Origin: Amoebophrya sp. A120 | Lineage: Eukaryota > Protista > Dinoflagellata | DNA length: 64,000 bases | Direction of reading: 5' to 3' | Assembly (NCBI GenBank): GCA_905178155.1 | Contig: CAJINV010000011.1 | Coordinates: 2,460,746 to 2,524,745 of the forward strand | Part shown: positions 1 through 12,883 of the stretch, one piece after another | Numbering within the stretch: position 1 is the first letter of the stretch | Layout: the number at the start of each line of letters is the position of its first letter | Made by a program: the position numbers and the translations under genes | Notes under the pieces: generated by a model | The model's database searches: none | Told to the model about the DNA's origin: nothing | Seen by the model: the letters and a program-made list of their open reading frames with translations, nothing else

Positions 1-118
1 GTGCACGAGCACCCAAATTTATGATTCGTGACGCAAGAGGACCCGCACAGTTGTCATGAACGAAAGTCATCCCAGGAACGTCTTGTGTGTGTCAAGCTTT
101 CTTCATTTACCACGACAG

Positions 119-2647
119 GTTTGATTTTTTCCTGATCATGATGGCTATTCTGGACACCTGGGTGATGGCCATCGTCGGCGGGGGCGGAGGTGGTCTGAAG
201 ATTTTCTCCGTGCTCCGTGTCTTGCGTGCCTTCCGATTAGTCAGGCTGGTCAAGCTGCTGCGTCAGTTCAAAGAGCTGTACCTTTTGGTGAACGGTATGG
301 TGGAAGCCTGTAAAACGCTCGTCTGGGTCGCCTGTCTGCTGCTCATCATCCTGTATTAATTTTTTTGTTTGATGTTTCTCGCTCGATCGTGGTTGCTTTC
401 GATTCGGATCTTCTTGCAGTACTCGTCAGAACCATAAAAGAGCTCTTTCATCTTCAAAAGGTGTTGGGGCTGTTGTGGTTACATGAAATTGATGTCTCAA
501 TAAACATACCCCCATCCCCTAGGTACGTGATCGGCATCATCTTCACGATTTTGATCGGCCAGAACACGGACCCGGCGCTGCGGTACCTCGGTACTTGGAG
601 CAAGGAGGATTACTGGGGATCGGTCCCAAAGTCGATGTACACTCTGTTCCAAGTGACGACGGGGGATTCCTGGGGTAGCAAAGTGGCGAGACCAATTATC
701 AAGGAATACCCGGCCTACACGATCTTTTTCCTGGTTTTCATCTTCCTGATCTCCTTCGGTCTGATGAACATCGTGCTCGGGGTGATTTGCGAGAACGCCA
801 TCTACGCCGCCAGTAAAAACACGGAGAACATGCAGAAGATCGTGCTGCGACACCAGCAACTGGTGATCAACTCCATAACGGCAATATTCGAAGCCGCAGA
901 CACGGACGGGAGTGGCGAGCTATCAAGAGAAGAATTCGACGAGGCGCTTAGCAAGAAGACGGTATAGTACGGGTGGTTCATCGTGTTGATGTTTCTATAT
1001 GCATATGCCTTTCAGGGTCGAAACTCACATGTCGGTAATCTCGAGGCCCGAAAGAAAAAGAAATGTGAGTGTAGTTGCAATAGTACAAAGCACTCTGAGA
1101 TAACAGCGACTTGCATGAAATGCAATATCAAAATCCATCTCAGGTGAAGCAAAAGTTAGAATTAATCGACGTCCCGCCAGAGGACCTCCGCATGCTCTTT
1201 GACCTCCTCGACGCCGACGGCAGCTATCAAATGCAAAAGTGTCTGGGTCCGGAAGGCTGCGAACTTGTGATGCGTGTTGCGCATCCTACAAAAATCTGTA
1301 TTGCATGGCGTGCAAAAGCTGTCCATTTCTGGCCATGCTGAGAGAGCATTTCTCATGCAGAATAGGCATCACCAAGGGGCTGCAGAACCTGTGATGCTAT
1401 GCCCTGCATTGCAGACTTGGCGGAGCTTGGAAAAACTGCAAAACAAAACGCGGAATCTTCCAGACCCAGACATTTTTGCATTTGATAGCAGCGGCGAGAT
1501 CACGATAGACGAGTTCCGAAAAGGCTGTCTGAAACTCCAGGGTACGGCGAAGTCGAAAGAAATGATAAAACTCGCGGTACACGTGTCGACATACAACAGC
1601 AACTTGGACGACATGCAGGACGCTATGGAAGAACAAAACCGAACCTTGAAGAAGATTTACAACAGGTAAAAGTTTATATACCTAGAAATTTTTGGTCGAG
1701 AGTTTGTCATGCATCTTGGTACGAACCGATTCCAGTCGCATTCAGTATAACAGTGTGTCATGGACGAGATGCTCAGGTATTCGTTTTGCAAACATCACCA
1801 AGACTGAAAAATGAAAATGTTAACTTGTTAAACAAAATCAGGCTTTACGACCTGGAGAAGCAGTATTTCCGGCACGATGCCAGCAAGAAGCCAAAGCGAC
1901 ACGAGGAGGAGGAGGCGGAGGCCCGCGTATCAAATGCAAAAATGTCATGGTCTGGAAGAATGCAAACTTGTGATGCGCATTTTACAACCCAGAAAAATCT
2001 CTCATGCACAGGCAGCAAAAGCTGGCCACTTTCTGTCACCAGGATGGGGCATTTGTCATGCGGATTCGGCATTGCGGAAGCTTCTCGAAACCTGTGATGC
2101 TAGAGCTTCCATGGCAGGCCTTCTGTGTCATGCAAAAGCAGCATGACTCTTCCAGACCCAGACATTTTTGCATTTGATACCGTGCGACCAGTGGCAAGCC
2201 CGTGAGCATCCTCGGCGCCGTGGCTGCGGCGGGCAGGCACATTGCACAGAGAAGAGGCGCCATGGAGGACGGAGAAGAGGGGGGCAAGAAGGAAGGCGAG
2301 GGGGCCGAGTACTTTTTACTTTTGCTTTTCTTTCATCAAGCCTAGCAACATGGTATGGTGTTTTTTCAAGTTGTTTGTGTAGACGGCAAATAAACAAAAC
2401 CCACGATAGAAAATATACACACAAATTTTTAGAAGTAGCTCCTAATTACAGGAAAAACGGAATATAATCGAATAACAGCGGCGTCCGCAGGAGTAGCCTG
2501 GACGCGTTGAAGGGTTTCATGGGCCGCGGAAAGACAGTGAACAATCTCGACGAACATTTTGCGGAACAAGACGAGCAAAATAGTGGTGAGGGACCCGACC
2601 CCGCGGCAACCACCGACAAACCACCACCGCCGCCGGGCGGAAGGTAG
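119..2647 (+). CDS. Single-domain voltage-gated Ca/Na-type cation channel with C-terminal EF-hands (5' partial, multi-exon)
   Basis: S4 voltage sensor LRVLRAFRLVRLVKLLRQF, pore LFQVTTGDSWG, S6 FGLMNIVLGVICEN, EF-hands DTDGSGELSREEF and DADGSGEITIDEF (the latter only after removing the 1225-1487 element). GT-AG introns 353-522, 962-1143, 1666-1841, 2309-2478; stop TAG at 2645-2647. Confidence 0.85.
1225..1487. mobile_element. Introner/MITE family A
   Basis: TIR TATCAAATGCAAAA(G/A)TGTCTGGGTC..GGAAG; flanking 5-bp repeat GCAGC/GCAGC; excision restores the EF-hand loop. Confidence 0.93.
1928..2179. mobile_element. Introner/MITE family A
   Basis: Same TIR; direct repeat CCGCG/CCGTG; excision gives EAEARATSGKPV in frame. 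Confidence 0.9.
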
Positions 2648-4046
2648 GTAAAACGCAGTCCGCTGATGGGAAAAATATGCTTCAGCGACAAGTACGAATG
2701 ACTGTACTTCATCCGAAATTAAACACTCACTTAAATTCTTCACTTCAGTTAATATCACTTTCACACACACTTTCACTTAAAAATTGCGTTAATACCAGAA
2801 ATTGAAATCCAAATCCAAGAAGTTAATCGACTCGAGTATAAGCGGATGCAGAGAAAAAGTTGTAGTTCCAAGTGCTGTCCGCGCTCGTGAAGTTCGTTCA
2901 TTGCGCGACAGAGGAGCAGCTTTCGTGCAGCACGAAAATGAAGTGCTGAAACAGTCACACCAGAAACCTGAGTAATCTGTGACTATGTGGACACACACTT
3001 TTGAAACCTGACACTATGAAATTCCTATGGTAAAAACTATTTCTGCGTGAAGTTGCGTGTGCTAGCTTCCTTGTCGTGATCGGCGTGACGACACCCTGTG
3101 GGCTTTGATTTTACACTATGTATCAACTTGTGCTGCAATCTACAACCAGTGTCATGCCTTTACAATTTGATGAAAATGCTAAATTTGACAAATGAATTCG
3201 CGAAATTAATGTTGTAAGTCAGAGTCAGTCGTCGTTGCGGGAGCCGCAAGAACCGGAACCTATTGCACCTAAGCGAAGAAGCTCAACATCGGACATAAGC
3301 AATAACAAACAAAAAGAGCCAGTCCGTGGTAATTCGAATTGATCCTGGAGGTTTGGAACTTTAAAACTGGTGCAGCGGTTTGAATAAGTATGCTTGCAGT
3401 AGAAGAAAATGAACGGCGTCAGCACCACCATTATTTCCGCGGCTAGAGCAAACATAGAGAGGAACAGATAAGAGGTATAGTAGAGAAGTACAACCCGCCA
3501 CTCATTTTTCTAGCGCACGTTCTCCCGTCGAGAATCAATTGGGATTTTCGTCTTGAGTGTTGCTTCTATTCGAGTATGGAATTCCGCTATTCAGTTCAAG
3601 TTTCTCGCAAACGGTCCTCGGTCCGCAGCAGACATGACAGACGATAAACACTTGAACTTTGTTGAAACCAGTACTGGACTTCTCAATCAATTGTACACAA
3701 GAACACTGCACTGGTGTGCTGAAAGTAATAACCTGTAGAACTACTAGTATGAGCACTAGATGACGACGCTGCTATTTTTACCCTCTTGTACACTTGTCCA
3801 AACTACCAAATCGTGGTGTAACCCGTGGTCTGCTGGAGAGGAGTGCGACCTGCTCCGTCCTTATCCGTGAAAATGAACAAACCTCAAAGATGAACTTTGT
3901 CGTGACACCCTGTGATGATGCTTTTTCGTAGTTCTCCGATGAAAGAGCATAGTGAGACAAATTTGAGGAAAAGAAATCCGGAAAAGTCTTTCGAGTACTT
4001 AAATCGAATCACGTCTTTCGGCGTTGAATATCGGCGTGTTTTATTG

Positions 4047-5001
4047 TTGAGAGGAAAAATTAAAGATGTTGTGGTAAAAGGTCATCCTATCCCTATCTGT
4101 AGTTTTGAATCGTTTCAATGGTCCGCTTGCTTCGCTTGTCGGTTTGCAACTCCTAGTTGATGATGGTAGCATCGCTTCAAGTAGAGGCAGGATCGATTTC
4201 TTTCGCTGCTTCGTTCTCTATCCGCTTTTTCAATGCATTTCGTTTCAAAGGAGTAATCATCCGAGGGGGAGTGCTCCACCTCTTGAAAACGCAATATGTC
4301 TGTCTCGTTGGTTTCTCATTCTCTCATATGCTTCCACTCTTTTCCGTTAAACCGCACGGTCAGTCTGAGTCGCCATCTTATTTGTTTTTTCGTATAGCCG
4401 GGTCTAGTTTTTATGTTATGTTGTCTAGTCTTTGATTTCTCACTACCATCATTCTCAATGCCACGTTTTGGGCTAAAGACTGAGTGAACCCACTTCGGTG
4501 GAGCGGATACTACCGAACGAATCGGACTTGTATCAGAATATAGAATAGTATGCGTGGTCGAGCTCTAGTTCATGAAAAAGTCGGCTGCACTCTTAAAGTT
4601 GCGACACGCCAAGCCCCCGATCAGCGATCAGCGATCAGAATTCCAATCCAAAAAACGGTTCTGTTCTTGTTTTTCAAGTTCTTTACAGTCAAGATCTTTG
4701 TCTCCCCCCATCCCATCATGTCTCTTCGTCTTAGCTTTCCCCCAGTACTACTAGAGATTTCTCTTCATTCGTTTCCCCGATAAGCAGAACACGTACAGTC
4801 GAGCTCGTCCACCTAGCTGTTTTGCCCTTGCTTCACGTGAGTAAGTACGTCTTTGCGATTAATATGCACTTGGGCACGTCGCCGCGGCCGTCAGTTGGCA
4901 GTAAAAGTCAACACTGCTAGTAGTTCCACAGCGTGGACTTCGGAAACGCAAACGCACTTGAATTCACAAGATGGAGCGTTACCTCCGCGCCCCGCCTGTG
5001 A
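4047..5001 (+). repeat. Diverged duplicate of the MFS gene upstream region and first codons (partner about 8945-9588)
   Basis: Shared blocks such as AGAACACGTACAGTCGAGCTCGTCCACCTAG, CAGTTGGCAGTAAAAGTCAACA and ATGGAGCG(T/C)TACCTCCGCGCCC. Confidence 0.85.
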
Positions 5002-5982
5002 AGATGGAGCGTTACCTCCTGCCCCTGAAGTGCAGCACCTGTAGTTCCACCATCCACACCCTCCAAAAGATGTTTTCCGAAAAACGACCTCATATCGCCG
5101 CGCTGCGAACTAGAATATCAAAAGACTACAAACGTCGTTAAGTGGTGTCAGAACATAGAACTGCAAAGTAAAACGTTTGTGCTGTCATCCAGCATTCGGT
5201 TTCGCTGTATGAGCATATTCTTACCACCTGGTTGGAATTTTCGGTTTGTTTTTTTTGTTTTTTGTTCTTCGGTTGTGTGTGAGTATTTCGTTCAAGTGCT
5301 GCACCTGGATTCGGTTACGCCTCATAAGTCGTGATAAAGATGAATAAATCGGGACCGGCCTGTGATCGTCTATACGAGCTGGAAAACGACCATGTAAATA
5401 TGTGGAGCCGCCGCGTTTATGTAGCTCTAGCAAAACATCAAAACACACATCAACAAAGCATCCCATAAATACACACATCAAAACACACAAAAGGACCCTT
5501 CTCGCCCGATTGCTTTTTGATGAAACTTTAACTTGTAATATTCTCTTTCAAAAGTCATAATTTTGATACCCCTGAGTGATATAAATAGATGGGAAGTAGA
5601 CCCAAGAAATTGAAAAAAGAAACTGCATCTTTTCAAAGTAGTCGCAAGAACTTACAGATGAACAAGATGTGTCTGGATAGTCTACAACTATAGTTAACGG
5701 TAAGCTGGTCGTGCTCCTTATTCTCGTCGTCATTGTATTTCCAAAGAAAAAATTGAAATTTTGCTGATAACAAGTCCCTTCACTGTACTGCCTGGCTCAG
5801 CCAGCACGAAGACGGCAAATCTTTTGCCGAAAACGCCGCAAGTATCAGCATCATGCTGCGACGAAAGGCAGCTGCGCGCGGGTTGTTGCTGGGATCGTGG
5901 TCCGCTTCTGTTTTCAGGGTGGGTGGCATCGGTATGAAAAGTAGAGTACACAACTTCATCCCCACGTCGTGCCCCCAGTTGC

Positions 5983-8174
5983 ATGTTACTGATGGTTCCT
6001 TTCACAGCAAAAACAAAAGTGCCAGTAATGGTAAAGATGCAGGAGCTCCTGATGTGCTCCGTCGTGCGACAAAAGATCGCGACAAGAGGCACTTATTCTG
6101 TTATTTCGGAATTATTTTCCGGATCGCCCTGCTCCTTTCAAGCGAGCAGAGCCAAGAACAGCGAGAAAAAGTGTGACAATTCGATATTTATGTGCATGAC
6201 GAAGGCTGAGGGGAAGTACAAAGGGAGGAAATTTTTGTGCACTCCGATAGAAGAAGCGGTGGACCACAGCACCAACTCGAACAAGGCACCTCGTCTCGTT
6301 CTTTTTGATCCAAATAAGAAGGGTCGTGATTCTATGGGTGGCAATTCCTGTCCTGTAAGGCGCTCTCAAACTCGTTAAGTACTACACTCTCAACTGTTGT
6401 TACATGAATTGCGATGCAAAACTAGCAAAAGTCGTGCAGGGAGGGAGCCTGATGCGTCGTGTCCCGCATAAATTTGGCACAGATTTACTTGTTCCCATGC
6501 CGTTTAATGGCGCTTCAATAATTTTTTTGTCATGCCAACTGGCGTCTTGATTGTGCGGAGGCTGATCTGGTAACCAAAGCGTGCGCAAGCGCTCGCAAGA
6601 GCGCTTTGCGCGCGGGCTTGCCCGCGCGCAAAGCGCTCTTTGCGAGATGCTCATCCATCGCAAACGCAGCGCGAAGGCTTTGCCGTTACCATATGGGAGG
6701 AACTCGGGGGTATGCAATCACTGGAAAAATCGGGCATTACGAAGTGTGTTTTGCCTTCAGAAAGCGGATCGGGCAGAATTGCTGGGAATTTTCCGGAAAG
6801 CAGCCAAAACAGCAATTGCCAAGCGGGGAAGGGGTAAAAAAGAGCATTTTTGCAGCTCCGCCCAGTCTGAATCTGAAAAAAGAGAATGGCACTTTCGGCT
6901 GGGGCCGATGGTGTGATGCGTTTTATAGCGGAAAATGCGTCGCGTCCGGGCAGCTCCAGCCGCTTTAAAATTGAAAAAAAACGTTGAAAAAATGCAATTT
7001 TTCGCAGCATGCAAGCGGGCGAGAAAATTTACCGATTTTCTCCAGTCCCCGGAAAACGCTTGGAAATTGAAAATGACAACTTTTTCTGAAAAAGCAAAAA
7101 CCGCTTAGAAATTGCCGCTCAAAAGGGGTTCGCAAAATTTTCCGCAGGCCCGTGCCACCGGGATTGGACGAGAAAAAAACAACTGTCAAGCCTGTGGAGG
7201 TGTGTCACACGGGCACGGTTTTCGACCTCTCTGAGGTCGCAAATTGGAACCCTTGCCCCGCTTGGAAAAGCCCGATCTGGGTGGCCCGAAAGGGCAGCCG
7301 GAAATGAACAGAACTGCGTTACTTTTGTAATTTGCGTATTTTTCCGGGCCAGCGTGCCCTCGTGCATAACGTTATGCACGACGGGGCGATGCTCGTTGAA
7401 AAACGCATTCTTTTGCGCGCCCTTGCTTCCTGGTTAGAGGATGAGAGCGCGGCCCGAAGCGGGCTGCAGTGTTGGACCGCGGCCCTTCGCACTGTAGCGG
7501 TAGCCTTCGCACTGTAGCGGTAGCCCCTTCGGATGCGCGGTAGCCTTCGCACTGACTGGGGTGGTTCGCACGCTTTTGGTTACCAATATCGCCCTCCGGG
7601 CGCGACCTTAATAGGTTTTTTTGCACGACAAATTGTGATGCATTAACAGTTGTTGACTACAGTGTAGTAACCTTTGAGACCACTGTCATATCCTGGTTGC
7701 TGGGATTGTAAGTATGATTCTGGATGCGGACCGAAAACGACGTGCAAGGAGCTGTCTCTGCACATGAAGGAATCGAAGACACCGGAGGATTTGGGGATGA
7801 GCCATGACCAGTGGGCGGAATCACTGTGTGAACGGGCCGGCGAAGGCTTACAATACATGCACTACTCCGACACGAAGGTCCTGATCAACGAGAACAACCC
7901 GGATTGGATGTTGAATGACAAGACCCTCGCGGAAAAATGCTGCACGAAGCCGTTTATGGTGCTTATGCATTGCAAAAGCTATGTATCCAATACAACTATC
8001 AGTGATCGCATCTTCTTTGATGTCACAAATTTCGCCAGAAGGGGAAATGAAAGTTAACTTTACAAAAAAGTAGATTTGTCCTGCATGATTAGTACGAATA
8101 CGATACTTTTGCAGTGGATAGTACCCGCCGCCCGATCCACCTCTGCGTCCAGTACCTCCTTTTTGCAAGCATAA
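5983..8174 (+). CDS. Cys-rich hypothetical protein (5' end uncertain) interrupted by two TIR elements
   Basis: ORF 5983-6378 (..MGGNSCP) joins ORF 7674-8057 (PGCWDCKYDSGC..) in frame once 6356-7690 plus one TCCTG is removed; after the 7964-8120 element it continues to TAA at 8172-8174. Confidence 0.55.
6356..7690. mobile_element. Long (1335 bp) non-autonomous TIR element acting as an intron
   Basis: TCCTG direct repeat at 6351-6355 and 7691-7695; degenerate TIRs (TCTCAAA..TACTACACT..CAACTGTT); right tip read on the minus strand, TATGACAGTG, equals the family E tip; no transposase-like ORF. Confidence 0.8.
7964..8120. mobile_element. Introner/MITE family B
   Basis: TATGCATTGCAAAAG ... GATACTTTTGCAGTGGATA; decayed repeat GTGCT/GTACC. 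Confidence 0.75.
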
Positions 8175-9556
8175 ATGAGTTTGCACGGTAACAAGATGAA
8201 CAACTGGAACCGCACTGAAAAAGTTCTTGAACTGCTTGAAAATAAACTTCCTGAATTGCTGCGACGTAGTACAACTAGCAGCCCGGCGCCGACCCAACGT
8301 CATCTACTTCACCAGTGCTCATCTCTCCTCCTTACAATTCAGAGCCACGTACGTCTTTTTCATCATCATTCGCATCATTCAAGATTGAGCGACCACGTAG
8401 TGCTTCTTCATTTTCAACACCTAGGTGAAGATGAGCGTCAACGTACAATACCTTTCTAGTTTCTGAAAAGTTACGTAAAAATCCGTAAAAATCAATGGCG
8501 ATTTGTTGTTCCGTATTAAGATTGTTCAATATAATCAGGAGAGCAGGTTTAATAGCAGTAGACCACGACATCACCGACATCGGCACTGACTCTTTTCGTA
8601 TGAACCTTGTGAATCTTTGTTTTGATGCAGTAAATTAATTATAATTTCATCTTCATTATTATTACAACTAACGAAGTTTGTCGCTTGTTTCAGAAGTCTT
8701 TCTCGATTCTCGTCGCGTTGGTTCTTCTGATGTGGTTGTCCGCCTTCTACACCTCTTAGTGGGGTTGAGGGCTTCAAATATTGAAGCATATCTAGGACTA
8801 CATGTGACGACGACGAGAGAGGTCATCGACAACGAACAAGGCAGCTGATTGCTATAATTTTTGGTGCTATAATCCGTGCAATGGTGTTGTTCAGCAGCCA
8901 AGTTGTCAATGCGCTTAACTTGTTTTGTTATCTAGGGCATGATGTTTTGAGAGAGAAAATGAAAGAACTTCAACGTGTTTTAGAAAAATTACATTTCATC
9001 TGTTTTGAATCGTTTATTTCATGGTCCGTTTTCTTCGCTTTTCGGTGTGCAAATCCTAAATGCTAGCATCGGTTTAGTAGGCAGCAGGCGCTCTTGGTCT
9101 TCGACTGCTTCGTTCTTCGCCGTAATTTTCAGTGCATTTCGTATCAATGCCGAGGGGGAGTGCAGCTTCGCCTCTTGAAAATCTCTCGTTTGTCCTCTCA
9201 CATGCTTGTTCTTCTGCTTTTCTCGTTAAATCACAGGCTTCTGTTCTTGTTTTTGAACCTCATATGAGCCAACAAGATCTCCGTTGTTTGTTCTCCACGA
9301 TACCCCTTCCTCTTTTTCCCCAGTAGATAGTCCCCTTCATTTCTCGTTTTCCCGAGAAGAAAGTAGAACACGTACAGTCGAGCTCGTCCACCTAGTTTCT
9401 TTTGCTCTTCACGTGCGTACTTAAGTACGTCATGGCGATTATGCATGACTCGGGAACGCCGCGGCCGGCAGTTGGCAGTAAAAGTCAACAGTGCTAGATC
9501 CACAGTGCGGAGTTTGAAAAAGCAAGCGCCGCATCCGCACTCGATTTCAACACAAT

Positions 9557-12456
9557 ATGGAGCGCTACCTCCGCGCCCCGCCTGTGACGAAGTCCGGCGG
9601 TGTGAAGGGGCGGTATACCCAAGCGAGCGGCTACGAAATAAGCGATCATCACTCTAAGGAAATAGGACACATAACACCGACGGGAGGAGGGCTAAATGAC
9701 GGCGTTTCCTCCGCGGACACCGCTTCGAATTCCACCTCTTCAACTGCCGCGTCAACCGCTAGCAAGAAGGTATTTTCCGGTGCGGCGCGGAGCCCCGACG
9801 TCGTGTATGGCGCTCGCGGGGCTAATGCTCGCGGTGGGACAACATCAAGCAAAGAAACAAGCGTTACGCAACTCTCCTCCAAGGGAAGTGCGATAGTACA
9901 GTCCGCCGCTTTGATGTCCTCGCGGGACTTGCAGAAGTGGAAGCCGGTTATCGACCCGAAAATCCTGATCATGCTGGTGAACATGGTGGACTCCGCCGAC
10001 ATGTCTCTCATTGCCTCCTGCATGAAGGCGTTCGAGCGAGATTTCGGGTTTCGCCCGAGCGATTTGGGGATCTTGGGTCTCTGTCAGGCCGCGAGCTTTT
10101 CCTTGACCTTACCTATTTGGGGCGCGGCGTTGCCGAAGTACGGGTGTCGGACGCTGTTGTCACTCGCCTGCTGGGTCTGGATGATCACCACTTTCTTAAC
10201 GCCGATGGGACACACGCTCGGTATCTATGTAGTAATGAAGATCAACATCTGTTCTTGTTCACATGATTAATATTTTAGTGTAGAAGTTTGGACGAGGTGG
10301 TCGTTCTTTCAGTGTAGTCCTTCGATCTTGGCAGCTATAGTTTTCTGAGGAAGGGGACCCAGCTGAAAAAAAAAACAACAAAACAGCGATGCAAGCCTGC
10401 CTGCGTATCCTGAACGGCGCGGCGCTGAGCGGGGTGATGCCGGTTTCCCAAGCGGTGCTCGCCGACATTGTGGACGAAGACCAGCGGGGCCAGGCTTTTG
10501 GCTGGGTCGGCGCGTTGCACTCGGTTGCAAAAGTGATTGTCACGTACTACGTCCTGGCGATGGGGGAAAACTGGGCGCAGTGCTTCTACCTGGTTGGTTT
10601 CGCCACCTTCTTGCTAATCATCCTGCTTTACACGCAACTACCCGACTCGTACGGGAAGCAAACGCAGATGGTGGACAGTGTCACCGGGGAACCCATCAGT
10701 TTCGGCGAGCAGGCGATCCGGGCCGCGAAACGAATTTTGCAGATACCCTCCTTCATGGTTTTAGTTGCGCAGGGGGTGGTTGGCGGAACGCCCTGGCAGG
10801 CGATGTCGTTTCTGAACATGTACTGGCTGACCCTCGGGTTCTCCAACACGGAAGCGGCGACCATCGCGGCCGTGATTAATTCCGGCGGGATCCTGGGTTG
10901 CCTGTTGGGCGGCACCATGGGCGATTTTTTTGCCCGGAATGTTTCCTCTGACCGGGGGCGCGTCATGGTTGCGCAGTTGTCGGTATTATTAGGGATTCCC
11001 TGCTGGTGCGCGATGCTGAGCAGCACGCTGGTGGACGGCAGTTCTGTGTTCATGGCCTGCCTGTGTGGCTTTTCCTTCTACCTGCTCGCCACGTGGTGCA
11101 GTTTCGCCGCCAACCGGCCGATCTGCACGGAATTGGTGTCCTCCTCCGCCGACCGGGCGCAGATCGTGGGTTATTGGGAGGAAAAATCCCCCCTCCCCAT
11201 ATCGAAAAGGTATGTTTCCGAAAATTTGTGTTGCTGATTTGTGACCACAGATCAGGTTTGTCTTGTAGGAAGACAAGTGCAGAGGCATCCGCCCAATTGT
11301 GGAAGCGATTTGGCGTGCTGTTGGTCCTAGAGCAGGGTAGCCGTTTGCAATGCTGAACAACTAGACCTGAGCGCTCCAACCTAGGCTGCGGATCTGGCCG
11401 CAGTGCCTTACTGCAAGACAGGTCGGATTTGTGTACGCAAATCAGCATCAGAAATTTTCATTTTGATATCGGGAGGGGGGATTTTTCGTTTTGATATGGG
11501 CTTGTGGGTGCTCATCGAGGGCACGTTTGGTGCTTTGTTCGGTGCTATCAAGTGCAAAAATGTCTGGGTCTGGAAGGATGTAACCTGTGATGCGCATTTC
11601 AGAACACGCAAAAATCTCTCATGCATGGGTAGCAAAAGCTGCCCACTTTCTGTCACCAAAATGGGGGATTTGTCATGCGGGTTCGGCATTGCGGAAGCTT
11701 CTCGAAACCTGTGATGCTAGAGCTTCCATGCCAGACCTTCCGTGTCATGCAGAAACAGCATGACTCTTCCAGACCCAGACATTTTTACATTTGATAGGTG
11801 CGCCGGTTGTTGGGTTTGTGTCGGAGGCGTTTGGCTACCGTTTGTCGAAAGACGTCCTCTATCAAATGCAAATATGTCTGGGTCTGGCAGAATGCAGATT
11901 TCTGTCATGCTGTTTTTGCATGACACAGAAGGTCTGTCATGGATGCTCTAGCATCACAGATTTTGAGAACTTTTCGCAATTCCCAATCCGCATGACAAAT
12001 CCTCCTTTTTGGTGACAGGAAGTTGGCACCTTTTGCTGCCTATGCATGAGAGATTTGTGTGTGTTGTGAAATTAATGCGCGTCACAAATTCGCGTCCTTC
12101 CAGACCCAGACATATTTGCAATGCATATTCTTGCATCCGGCCACAGTGCGACTGCCGCGGAGACGAGCGCGTACAACCAGCAGGAAAAGAAGAACGCGGC
12201 AGCATTATCCTCCGCATTGACAGGATTAGGCGTGATCTGCTGGACCTTGTGCTTACTGATCTGGTCGGTGATGTACCTCACTTTTCCGGCGGATCGCGCG
12301 AACGCGAGGAGGCTAGAGCAGGAAGAGAGGCGGCGGCAGGAGGAGGAGCTGGGCATAGAGGGCGACGAGCTCGGGATGCCATTAGATTTCGACACCGGGA
12401 CGGGAGATGAAGACGCGCACGAAACCAGGCCTCTGGGGGCGGGGAATAGGCACTGA
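9557..12456 (+). CDS. MFS transporter, Spinster-like
   Basis: Motifs LVNMVDSADMSLI, LGILGLCQAASFSLTLPIWG, ADIVDEDQRGQAFG, GGTMGDFFAR; GT-AG intron 10221-10386 plus three non-canonical TIR introns whose removal restores QIVGLWVLIEGTFGALFGAPVVGFVSEAFGYRLSKDVLASG. Confidence 0.85.
11172..11496. mobile_element. Introner/MITE family C
   Basis: TAT...GAAAAATCCCCCCTCCC.ATATC inverted at both ends; repeat TGGGT/TGGGC. Confidence 0.85.
11546..11796. mobile_element. Introner/MITE family A
   Basis: Family A TIR; repeat GGTGC/GGTGC; body very similar to 1928-2179; the only short copy readable as GT-AG (11542-11797). Confidence 0.93.
11860..12127. mobile_element. Introner/MITE family A, reverse orientation
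   Basis: Body is the reverse complement of the neighbouring copy; repeat TCCTC/TTCTT; right tip is of the family B type (TGCAATGCATA). Confidence 0.88.
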
Positions 12457-12883
12457 GAATATATTCTCTGTATCTATAGCAGTTTGAAGATGCTTGGATA
12501 CTACAGTCAGAATTTTCCCAGAGCTTTCATCTCTCAAGCGTCGTTGTGTAAGTATACTCGCTTCTGAAAGAAACGGTCGTTTTCACCGATGAAGCGTGCG
12601 CTTCGTCTGTCGATGAAAATATTTCTAAGAAAAGAATAGAATTTCATATTGTTGCGCGGCCATTTTTCGCAAAAAGCTGCTCACAGCAACGGTGATATCG
12701 AAAAGCCATATGTTATATTGCTTCGCTTTGACACGACTTTTTGAAGGAAGCAGCATTGTGTTCGTTTGTCGCACGACTTTTTTTTGTTCGCTCCGGAACG
12801 ACGTTTTTGCAAGTGAGACACTTCAAATTATTGTTCCCGAAGCGGTTCCGTTTTGACTTTTTCTCTATCGAGATCACGTGATC

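Noticed and set aside
1111-1669. Recurrent short ORF peptides such as LPDPDIFAFD, KCKNVWVWK and MSGSGR as a protein family
   Set aside because: They are translations of the family A TIR in different frames, not genes.
4459-4510. Weak spliced-leader-like GCCACGTTTTGGGCTAAAG followed by CTGAGTGA and a cUUCGg hairpin (hammerhead-like)
   Set aside because: The SL match needs several gaps and the hammerhead GAAA core is missing; chance cannot be excluded.
6356-7690. Transposase in the long elements (also 47189-48932, 49063-50259, 62708-64000)
   Set aside because: Only short ORFs with no DDE/hAT or other recognisable motifs; no autonomous element is visible in this window.
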